From a virus (taxonomy: Duplodnaviria; Caudoviricetes): a stretch of DNA of 59,808 nucleotides. The stretch spans positions 1 to 59,808 of IMG/VR virus record IMGVR_UViG_3300044638_005822; one strand, 5' to 3'. Made by a program: the position numbers and the translations under genes. The notes beneath the pieces are model-generated. The model saw only the letters and a program-made list of their open reading frames with translations, was not told where the DNA came from and did no database searches. Below, piece by piece: positions 18,593-29,400 of this stretch (the first letter of the stretch is position 1; each line of letters begins with the position of its first letter).

Positions 18593-18903
18593 ATGCGTGC
18601 AAGCCTCGCTGCGAGCGACTGGATTCTTCGGGTACTTGCCATAAATGTGGCTCAGTATGGAAAGACGGCGAATGGAAGGGTATAAATATGAAAAAGCGCG
18701 GGGTGCGATTCCGGTGGATACTGCGCCGACTGGTTAATTGGTATTGCTACGATGGCGGATTTTGGCTCCGCATAATGGGGCGCGGAATCAGCGTGGTAAA
18801 CAGGCAAAAGCATCCGCAACTATTCAGCGAACGAGACGGATATCGGCGCGGCCTTCGCGTCGGAAAATGGGCTGTGGAGTGGCTACCATCTAACACCAAA
18901 TGA
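18589..18903 (+). CDS. Hypothetical protein
   Basis: ATGA overlaps on both sides; visibly more AT-rich than neighbours. Confidence 0.45.
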   Translation: MNACKPRCERLDSSGTCHKCGSVWKDGEWKGINMKKRGVRFRWILRRLVNWYCYDGGFWLRIMGRGISVVNRQKHPQLFSERDGYRRGLRVGKWAVEWLPSNTK

Positions 18904-19820
18904 CGAAACCCAAACGAACACGAACCATGACGCCAGCGGCATTGGCCGGACTGGAGAAGGCACGCAAGGCGCGGATGGAGGCAAGGCAGGCATTGCTTCC
19001 GGTTGAAGCCGTTCCGCCGCTGCCCTTCATTGACCAAGTGAAGGCCATGTCCACGCCGATCGCAGTCACCGGTAATTCTGAGCGCACGTTCGCCATCGCT
19101 GGCGACATCGGCGACTGCATCGCCATGCTGCCGAGCATCCGGCACATGGGCGGAGGTCACATCGTCATCACCCCGCCACCGCCCGGCGTCGGCACGGGGC
19201 AGGGCTTCTGCCGTGAATCAATGCAGGGTGCCCGCTACGAGTCGATCAAGCCGCTACTGGAATGCCAGCCCTACATCCACAGCGTGTCGTGGGGGCGGCT
19301 GCCAGCCGGCGCGATTGACGTGTCGCACTTCCGCACGCCACCGCACTTTCAGGAGAACATTATCCAGTGCATCGCCCGATACTTGAAACTCGGAAAAGTG
19401 TCCGAGGAACCGTGGCTGACGGTGCCGTTCGACGGCGAGGCAGGGAAGGGGCCGGTCGTGTTCTCGCGTTCGCCGCGATACCACAATCCTCGGATGCCGC
19501 TGCCGGGGTATGCCGCTGAGTTCAGGGACGCGCTGTTCATCGGGTCGCCGGATGAGCACAAGGCGTTCGAGAAGTACGTTTGCAGGGACGTGATTTATCA
19601 GCCGACGAAGAACCTGCTCGAAGTCGCGAAGCTGATGATGGCGGCGCGGTTTGTGATCTGCAACCAGTCATGCCCCGCATGGGTCGCGATGGGTCTTGGT
19701 CGTCCATTCGTCTTGGAGGTTTGCCCGGACGAAACCATTCAGAACAGCATCGTGGTGCGCCAGAATGGGCGTTGGATCGGAAATGAGAACCAAGTTGGAG
19801 TGAAAAAGAATTGGTATTGA
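18900..19820 (+). CDS. GT9 heptosyltransferase-like glycosyltransferase
   Basis: GDIGDCIAMLPSIR at the N-terminus and ARFVICNQSCPAWVAMGLGRP at the C-terminus. Confidence 0.7.
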   Translation: MTKPKRTRTMTPAALAGLEKARKARMEARQALLPVEAVPPLPFIDQVKAMSTPIAVTGNSERTFAIAGDIGDCIAMLPSIRHMGGGHIVITPPPPGVGTGQGFCRESMQGARYESIKPLLECQPYIHSVSWGRLPAGAIDVSHFRTPPHFQENIIQCIARYLKLGKVSEEPWLTVPFDGEAGKGPVVFSRSPRYHNPRMPLPGYAAEFRDALFIGSPDEHKAFEKYVCRDVIYQPTKNLLEVAKLMMAARFVICNQSCPAWVAMGLGRPFVLEVCPDETIQNSIVVRQNGRWIGNENQVGVKKNWY

Positions 19821-19826
19821 CAACAA

Positions 19827-20465
19827 TTACTGAGGCACTTTCTCCGTAACCTTCCAGCAGAAGCTAGGAGGCTCCGGTACACCATCTTGGTGCGCCATAA
19901 GAGCGTCATGCGGCGTCCAGCACATCAGTTTTAGAGAACATGAACACAGACTGCAAGTATCCAGTAGGTGATCGCTGGCGGTTTTTCGCTTTCCAATGAA
20001 CTGAAAAATCTTGGTCGCGATGGCTGCGGCGTTTCCGTTGCACTTACCGCACTCGGTACCAATAGGGGCAAGGTTATGCGGGCATTTTGCACACACTGCA
20101 CCTCGGGCGTCAGCTTTTTCTTGGGTTACAACTTCGTCCGATTTCCACCATGAAACCACAGTTGCAAGGAATCGCATCACGGTAGATGCGCTGTTAAGAT
20201 ACTTTCTTCTTAGAACCTCTGGTGTTGCATCGCTGATTTTCGCGCATGCCTCGTCGCGTAGAGATGTCGGCAAAGCAAGGCAACAGCAATTTCCATAAGT
20301 TGCCCACTCGTTGTCGAACGTCAGGCCAAGCTGCGCGCAGCGGGCACTCCACGCCTCGTAGCACTGCTCCGCGCTACCTCGGTGGATTACCTCATCGGTG
20401 CCCGGCACGATTGCCTTGTCGCGCGGGAAGTTCCTGTTGCGCCACCAGTATTCAACGGCGCTCAC
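19827..20465 (-). CDS. Cys-rich hypothetical protein
   Basis: CAKCPHN, CGKC, CSLCSC, FCW; overlaps the stop of the giant gene. Confidence 0.65.
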   Translation of the reverse strand: MSAVEYWWRNRNFPRDKAIVPGTDEVIHRGSAEQCYEAWSARCAQLGLTFDNEWATYGNCCCLALPTSLRDEACAKISDATPEVLRRKYLNSASTVMRFLATVVSWWKSDEVVTQEKADARGAVCAKCPHNLAPIGTECGKCNGNAAAIATKIFQFIGKRKTASDHLLDTCSLCSCSLKLMCWTPHDALMAHQDGVPEPPSFCWKVTEKVPQ

Positions 20466-23400
20466 CGGCTGTATCTCCGCTCCTTGGGTGCAGTCTTGTC
20501 CCTCGTCACACTCACGCCGACACCGATGGCTTCCTGTAACTTCGCTACGACAGTCTTTGCGAACCCGGCCCGCTCGAAAAATTCATCGGCACTCCGCCAC
20601 GCCAGCGGCACCGTCAGGTCGCGAGCAATGCTTGGCACGGTTGGCACCTTCCCGTCGTAGTTGCTACCTGTGAAAAGGTCTGTCGCCACGCCCACCCACG
20701 GCGCAGAAATCGAGCGAATCTCGCGACCGATAGTTGCGTAGGATTTGAAGGCCCGCTGCTTGTCGGCTTCTTCTTGGCCTGACCGCATGGCATGGATGGT
20801 TGTGGAGATGCCTTCAATGAGCGCGGCACCTATCCGAGCGAGCTTAACCTCGCCGCCAGTGTAGTCATACTCCATGCGGGCGTCACTGTCTGTCACCTTC
20901 ATCTTGAAAAGGCGTTTAGCCTTATCAAACATATCTTCGTCATCCCCAGTGTCTCCGTAAAAATAGCGCGAGATGGCTGAAACCACCATCCATCCAGCTA
21001 TCGCGCGGAACTGCTCCTTGAGTGCTATCTTGCGGATTCGCATAGAGGAATTGCGCCTCCAAATGTGATAGCCGGAAAGGTTCTTCGCCCGCGCCGCGAG
21101 GAAATTCGCAGAGTAGAAGACGAATTGCGCCAGCTTTCCGGCACCGGCCTTTAGTCCGCGCCCACGCCCGCTGTTGATCATGTCGCCAAGCGCCTCTTTC
21201 TCGATTTTCGACATTGGCTTGTCGCGCAGTTCATTGATGCGATAATCAGCCACGTCAGCGGCCAGTTCATTCAGGAAGGTGGTGAAGGTTCGACTGCTGG
21301 CGCGAACGTAGTGACCGAGCAACTTGGGAACAAGTTTAGGCAGCACAAGCAGCGGATTACCGGACAGCTTGATGTCCGCCCAATCCTCGATGTTGGAACG
21401 CACTCCTTCTTCCGCCATGCGATCATGTGCCTCCGCCTCGACGGACGGCATCTGTATCTTCATGGGCTTATAGAGAGCGTAGTTCGGGCGCAGTTTCCGC
21501 TCGGCCTCGTAGCTCACCGCCTGCTTTTGGCTGAAAATTGTGCGGATCGATCGCCATATCGCTTTCGCGGCCATTATTGGATGAGAATACGCCATGCGTA
21601 TGCCTTGACGGGGGGCCGACAAGTCGCCGCTTCCCATGAGTGAGCGTTCAGCGGTAATGGCAGTCCACATTGCGTCAGTGAACTTCTCGTAGCCACCACG
21701 CCGCTCCTTGATGTAGTGCAGGAGTCGCTTTGCGTAGTTGCTCTTGATCTCCTGTAAGTCCGAGGCGATTCGCACGGCTTCGGGGTCTTTAGATAGGTCA
21801 ACTGGCGGCCTTGGCGGACGCTTCTCGAAGTCACTTTTTGCGAGCCGGTCGGTGAGGTCGGCGATTTGTCGCAGCATCGCGGCTTTGCGGTTTGCGATCT
21901 TGGTCTGCTCGGTTACTCCTGCGGCGTTCTTTGCAGCATTGTAAGCGGCGAGCGCGGCGTCGCGTAACGCGCGGGCTTGCGCCACGCGCGCCGAGTCAAC
22001 GGTTGTCGTTTTGCTTTTTGCCGTGAAGTCAGATTCGTTGACTCGCCGCTCGTATTCAGCGGCAGCCGCTTCCAGCGCACGAACCTTTGCGTCGTCCGGG
22101 TCTGTCGCTGGCTTGGCGTCGCGCCGAATCTGCGCGGCGAGTTCCCTCATTGCGGCGATCTCCATGCGCGCATCTTCCTCAAGCTGCGTAAGCGATTCCT
22201 GCGGCTGCCTGCTTGTCGGTTGCTGCTCTCCGGCAAGCATCTGTTCCCACCGCTCCCGCGCCACAAGCGCGGCGTCGAGTCGCTTTTGCGCGTCACTCAG
22301 CGGAGGACTGGCTAGTTCCTTCAAAGCCTGCGTCTCTGCGCGTGCTGCGTCTGCTCTGGCGCGGATGACCAGAACTTCATTTCGCGTCTCCGCCCCCTTC
22401 TGGACAGGGCGCGTAAATACTCCGCGCTTCGCTGCCTCCAGTTCAGCCAACGCCTTCTGTTCCGCGCGCTCCGCTGACTTGATGGCGGACTTGAGCTTTT
22501 GCTCTGGCGTTGCTTCGCGCCGACCAAACACGGCCAAATGTTCCGCCTCAACTGTCGCGAGTTCGGCCCTCAGTGCCTCAAGGTTTGGGGATGTTGGAGT
22601 GACGCCGCGATTCTTGATGGTGCGCTCACCCTTCGCGATCTCGAAGCGAAGGTCTTTGATGCGGTTGCGTGTGCGCTTCTCCAGCGCGTCGAGCGCGGAC
22701 TGTCGGCGAGATTCCGCCGTGCCTTGTGGTGGCGGAATTTTCTTCTTTAGCTCGTTAAGCTGCTGCGCCAACGCGCGAGCCTGATCCCGCACTGGAACTC
22801 GTTGTTGCCCTGTCAGCTTCAAGTAATCGCCAACATCCTCGCCAGCCTGTGAGCGCACGAGCGCGGCCTCGGCATCTATAATCTGACGCACGATCAGCGC
22901 CTCTTGCCGGATTTGCGATTGCAGCCTCTTGAGCGCGTCCTCCGTGGCGGCCTTGCCCTTGCCGTAGTCTGTCCATAAATCCAGCAACACGTCATCAGTC
23001 GGATTCCCCATGACGGGATCAAGGAATGCGTGCAGCCTGGCCATCACGCCCTTCACGGTCGTAGCTCCGGATTTCACGTACTCATTGGCAAGCTGCTTCA
23101 CGTAGCGGCCCATGTCGTCCGGTAGTCCTTCTTCCGCCATTGCCCGGATGCCGTCCTCAATGGATGCGGCGTCTTTCGTGGCGGCCTGCTGACGGGCCTT
23201 CTGCTTGGATGACACCTTCCTTCCGGGCTGGTTGGTGTTCAGATACTTCATCGCCTTGTCCCATGCGGGCTTGAGATACGGCCTCACCCATTCGCCAAAC
23301 TCTGACGCTGTGCTTGCGGCGAAGTTTCCAAAGGACTCCATGCCCTGCGCGATCTTGCCGCGAGCAAACAGGAAAATATCGCCAAGGATCGTCGGATCAA

Positions 23401-26400
23401 CGCCGACGTTCACCTGCCCCGCGCGGGCACGCAGCCGCTCACTGGCAGCATTTCCAGCGGATACCCACTCGTTCACCTTCTGCTTTGCGTATTCCAGTAC
23501 GCGGGACGGAATCTTGCTCCACTCCGCAATCTTCGCTTCGGCATTGGCAATCCTTTCAGCGGCCTCGGTGGCTGCTTTTCTTGCATCCAAATCAGCCTGA
23601 GCCTTGGCGATCCTTGTCGCCTCATCCCTGATTCGATCCACTTCCTCTAGCGTCAGGCTGGACTGCTTGGCCTTGCGCTCCCTCGCTTCCATTGCGGCTA
23701 GCGAGAAGTCTTCATTCGCCATAAGTTTGAGCGATTGCAGTGCCGCTCCAGCCTCGCTGCCAGCCATCCCCTTGAGGATTTCGGATGCCTGTAATTTCTT
23801 CTCGTAATACTGAAATTGGTCAAGAGCGTCACGCTGCTCTTCTTCGCTGAGGTTCGGGTCGCGCGCACGATCTGCTGCCTCCTGCCGCTTGTTGTGCAGA
23901 TCAATTTGCTGCGCAAAGACTCCCGCAAATTCCTCATCTGTCAGCACGGTTTTTTCGCCACTGCTGATCTCGTCAACCAGTCGGTCCGCCCATTTTGGTT
24001 CCGTCTCGAATCGCTTGACGGCGGCATCCCAAAGAACACGGTTTGCCTTCCTGAATCTCCGCGCCAAAGGTGGCAATCCTCGTTCCGCCCGCTGTGCGTC
24101 CATGCTGTCGAACTTGCCACCGTATGTTCGCGGGCCGGATTCGCCTGTTTCCTCTCGGTCCGGCGGCTCGGCATTCGGGTCTGCGATGTTGATTTCTGGC
24201 GGGGTTGCACCCTGCGCGACATTCGATGCTTCCGCCTGAATCTCCGCCTGCCTTTTTGCGATGAGGCTGTCAATCGCCGCTATCTGCTGCATCTCCTCGA
24301 CGGTGGGCGGCCTTCCGCTTTTTCGGATGTCTTGCAGGAGCTTGTCCGCGCTCCCTTGCAGCATGGCGACTTCGCGCTCTTTATCCATGACGGCTTTCTT
24401 GGTCGTGGATGTCGCTTCGGGGTTCTCGTCCTTGAGGCTGAACCGGATGTCCGACGTGTCGGGGCGGATTGGATTTCCAGCGCGGTCAATCAGCCTGCCA
24501 CCTTGCACCCACTGGATGTAATCGCTTGCAGTTGCGAAGGAGTCCACTCCGATAGGTCGCGCCCGCCAAGTTTGGCGATCCTTGCGATAATCCGGCTTGG
24601 CTCGTCGGGAACCGGCTTGTTCTGCTTCAGGAGATTCTGAACCTCCGCCAGTTCGGTCGGAGACATCTCCTTGCCGCGCGCCCATGCTTTCCGCTCCGCT
24701 TCGGAAGCGAAGGTTTCCGGTGTCTTCATCAGATACGATGGATAGTCCTTGTTCGATTTCACCAGATAGCGCACCGGCTTCGGGCGCAGCCTCGGAGCCT
24801 TGAGTTTTCCGAATACCTTTCCGCGCTTCGTCACGTAGGGTTCCGGTTTTTCGGATAGGCAGCTCGATTCCATGTGAAAACTTTACGCTGTTGCCGTCCG
24901 TGAAGTCAACCCAGTAACTCGCGCCGTTTTCCTGCTTGCGAACAGAACTGACGGTGCGTTCTGCGTCCGCGTAATTTACCACGTCGCCAGCCTTTAGGTT
25001 TTCAACTTTCTTGCGCTGCAATTCGCCCATCTTCAACGTTTCCGAAGTTGGGCGAAGCTCGGCTTCGGTTGGGTAGCGAACGGATGGCGCGGTCGGCGTA
25101 AAGCTACGTCCGGCGCGTTTCTGTTGCTCGGTGTATAGCTTTTCGCGGACGGCTTGGATGTCAGGTGGAACCTGCTCGTCCTTCGCGCTCATCTTCGGCC
25201 CATCTCCGCGCGCCTCACTCACGCGCGCCCGCACGTCAGCCGTCACAGCAGGATCGCGGTTGATGACATACATCGTCTGCTCGGGAGTCAGCACGACGCC
25301 AGCCTCGCGCGCTGCGTAGGTCAGCTCACTGCCGGAAAGCGTATTCACGTCAGCCGCCCGCGCCCTCTGCTTCCGCACGGCATCCACGCCGCGCCGCAGC
25401 AGCGCCATCACGTCGTTTTTGCTCCACTGCTTTACGCCGAGCTTGTTCAGCGCGTTGCGGAGCCAGTCCACCACGCGCTGCCAGCGGGTGCGGTGCTGCG
25501 CGGACATCTCCGGGCCTACGCCCTCCATGATCTTCGCGAGCGTCTCGCTTACTTGTTCGCGTGAGGGGTAGCTGCGCTTCACGGCGGCGTGCTCGTCGGG
25601 GAACAGCCGCTTAAGCATGGCGTCCAGTTGAGTCGTCGCTTTCTCGCCAAAGGCTTGCAGTAGCGCGTCCACGCCGCCGTGCCCTGCCGCTTCGTGCATG
25701 AACGTCTCGATGGCCTGTCGCGGGTTCTCGATGGCGGCTGCGTTAATGTAAATTTTGCCGCCCACCACGGCGCCGCGGATGCGGTTCAGGTCGCCGGATG
25801 CGCCGTACCGTTCGAGAAATACCTCCTTCACGCGGTCTGGAAATGCACTGCCGTCCGCAATGACTTCGTGCGGCATCGCGCCGGCCAGCCGCTCGGCGAC
25901 GACACGAACAGCGCGCTGCACGGACGCGACGGGAAGGCTGGTGGTAGGGGCGGCGTCGGCAATCGCGAACGGATCTTCGTCGAACAGGTTGCCCTGCTCC
26001 TTGTCCTGCTTGGCTTTCGCTTCGGCGGCGTCCTTGGCCTCCTTTGCGACCTGTTCAGCAGCCTCGCGTGCTTCGCGCTTGGCGATGTCGGCGGCGGTTT
26101 CGGCTACCAAGTTGAACGGCGCGGCTTCGCCCTGTAAAAGCTCCCCGGTGCCCTTGCCGTCGCTCGGGCGCAGCTTGGGGGTGGCGGGTTCGGGTGTCTG
26201 CTTCGCAATTTCGCGACGGGCAATTTCCTTTGCGGCGTCAATGGCTTCCTGTTCTCCACGCGCTTCATAGGTCTGCTCCAAGTCTGGATGCTGACCCTCG
26301 GCTTTGCTGTACCCTTTGACCTCGTAGGCCATCTGACCGCTCTTGCGTTTGATCGTGCGGACTGTTGCGTAGAGTCCACCATCCGCCGTCCCGGTAATCT

Positions 26401-29400
26401 TGGTGCTGTCGTTGTATTTAAGGACGTTGATTGTCGGCGTCTCCGGCTTAGCGGCAACTGGTGCAGTCGGCGCGAGTTCGGGTGCTTCGCCTTTGATCAT
26501 CAGGGACTCATCGGGATGCACTTCCTGCGTTCCGAATTTCTCGCCGTCCTGCAACGTCACCACGCCGTCCTTGTCAATGTCGATGACGCGCATCTCCTCG
26601 CCGCCGATATTGATCGTCTTCCCGTATTTTAGATCGCCTGCCTTGATCTCGCCGTCGCCTTCCTCTTTCGCCTCCTGAAAGTCCGCATACTGCTTGCGCT
26701 CCATGCCGGGCTTCTTCGTGAGTTCACGCATCTTCTCCACAAGCGAAGCCTGCGTGACTGCATCGCGCGCATCCGCCTTGTCTGGATGCACGCCGAGCGC
26801 GATCATTGCCTCCACATACGCATCGGCACGTGCTTTCTTTATTGCGGCCTCACCCTGCGCTCCGGCTGCCACCGCTTCAAGGTGCCCGCTGTAAAATCCA
26901 AGCTCAGGGTACTCGATGACGAGTTTTTTGAACTCCGCAGCCGCGGCTCGCGTTTTTCGCGCTTCCTCTTTCGTCATGCCTTCAAACTGCTCATTGGTCA
27001 GCATCCGCGACTCCACTCCGGGGCGTAGCGATACGTTGCCGTAAGGCACGGTCTGTGTGATGCCTTTCTTTTTGCCACCATCGAACGTCACACTGACGGA
27101 CTCGGGCTTGCCCTTGCTGTCCAGAAAAACATCTCTGACTATCGCCGGATGCGCCAGCTTTGCGCCCCTCACGAGTTGCACGCTCACCTTCGCGCCGGGC
27201 ACGATCTTGGCACGCACCTTTTCGGTGAATGACTGCGCCGGAGGCTTGGCCTCCACCGCCTTCCTGCTCGGCCTATCCACCGGCAGTCCAAGCCGGTCAA
27301 TGATGCCGACCTTCACGTTGTCGTAGAGCCAGTCCATGCCGTGCTTCTCCAGCACGGCGAAGTCCGATTCCGTGGCCTTGGGCGCGTTGCCGCGAATCAG
27401 CGCAGCCAGGGTGCCGCCCTGCTGCTTGCTGCGGATGTCCGCCCATGAGTAGCCGAAGATGCCGCCCTCGGCCTGCGGGACGGCGGGGGCGGCTGCTGGC
27501 GCGGTGGCGGCTGCCGCGTTGGCCGAAATAATCTGGTCTTTTCTGGCTGAGTCCAGAATATCCTGAATATTCGCCCTGCCGCCTTTTTGATGGATTCCTT
27601 TTGTGATTTTAACGGCTATGTCAAACACTTGATCGCCGGTCAGCTTCTTCCCTAGAGCGGACTCGTACCTCTCCTTGATTCCGCTGGTTGCATCCTCAAT
27701 GACAGGCATCTGCGCTTTTCTCACTCCCTCAATCTCGGAATTGGACATTGCCCGCTGAGTCTTAGCGGGTGCCTGCGGGGTGGGCTTCGCTTCCGGCGGA
27801 TGCCACAGGTCGCCGCGCTGTGTCCAGCCGGTTGTTTCCATCGGCATCTCAATCGCCTTGGCGAGTGCGACAGATACGGGGCGCTCGTTTGCGATTGCCG
27901 TCTTCACAGCTTGAATCTGCTCCGACAGGGCGGCGGTTCGCGTGCGCTCTGTCAAAGCGTCCATGTCCCGCTGGCGAATGTCTTCAATAAATCCGCGTTC
28001 TCGGGACGTATCGCCCTTTTCGCGAAGTGCCTTCAACTCGTCCAACGAAAGCGTTTCGTAGTATTTCTGCGGGGACAGCTTGAAGATGTTTGGGGTTACA
28101 TCCACGCCCTTCTTCCCTGCGCGAAAAACGTATTTGTCTCCCTGCTTCAAATAACCAAGTGCCAAAACATCCTCGCGGTTGAGCGGATAATTGGAAAGCC
28201 AGTCGGCAGGAATGTCAGATCGGTCCGAAATTGCCGATGCCAGCTTTTGCGTGAGCTTTTCCGCCCACGATTTCCTTGCAGCCGAATCTGACGGTTTCGG
28301 GTCATTGGCGATTACGTCCTTGATCGGCAGAAGCGTCACAACAGAACGGCGCTTCAATTCATTGGTGAAGTACTCCTCCGGCGTCATCTGCTCCACCGGC
28401 TTCGCCGCCTGTGGCGCTGCGGCGGGTTGCTGCTCCGTGTATCCCGGTTGCGGAAACTCGCCGCTACGAACCGGAACAGCCTGAGCCTTTCCGATCTTTA
28501 ACTTCTGTGATTCGGTCAGGTCGATCTTTGCGGGGGGAGGGTTGTTACGCATGTCGGCCAGCGCGTTGTTCGCCTCGTTCAGTTTTGTAACGAAGGTTGC
28601 GTGGCTGCGATGCTGCTCGTTCGTCCAGTCCTTGCGCGGCCACTCCTCGATCTGTGAAAGAAGGTGCTTCTGGTAAACCACAGCGGCGTTCAATATCACC
28701 ATTCGCTCCCGCCGCTGTTCGGGACTCAGTGCGGCGATTTCCTTATCCGAAAGATTCGGAAGCAGCGACAGGTGATTCACCGGCTTCGCCGCCGCCGGGG
28801 TTACTGGCTCCGGCGACGGCGCTGCGGGTGCTACTTCCTTTTGTGGCAGTCGCACTGACTCATCGGCTTTTTGCACCGAGGGCACGCTTTGGGCTTTTTC
28901 ATTCTTGGGTTCACCTACCTTTCGTTGGACGTTTCCAAATGCGTCGTAGAGCGGGGTCTTGGCGTCTTGCGCTCCTTCCGCTGAAACCAGTCCGGCGTCA
29001 GACTGCGCTCGCGCAAGGGGCTGGCCTTGGAACGTGACGCCCGGACCTCCGCCGTCTGCTGGCGGCTTCCTCTGGACGTTTCCAAATGCGTCATACACGT
29101 CGCCTGTTCTTCCGTAGGCCGCGCGCTCTGTAAGCGGGCCTTCGTTGGCCTGCGTGTGCTCTACGGCTCTTTTCTGCGCCTTGGCGACATCCTGCCAATA
29201 CTGCTCGGTGGCTGCTTTTTCGTCCTGTTTTGCAGCGCGGCGATGTGTCTCTGCGAGTGCTTCAGATGCAATAGCTGACTCAATGAAGCCATCCTTCCTG
29301 AAGCGTTTCGCTTGCGCTTCGGCGGCCTCTGCTGCCGCTGTATTGGCGGCGGCGGCACTCTTGCCGGCCATTTTTGCCATCTCTCGCCTGTGTTGAAATT

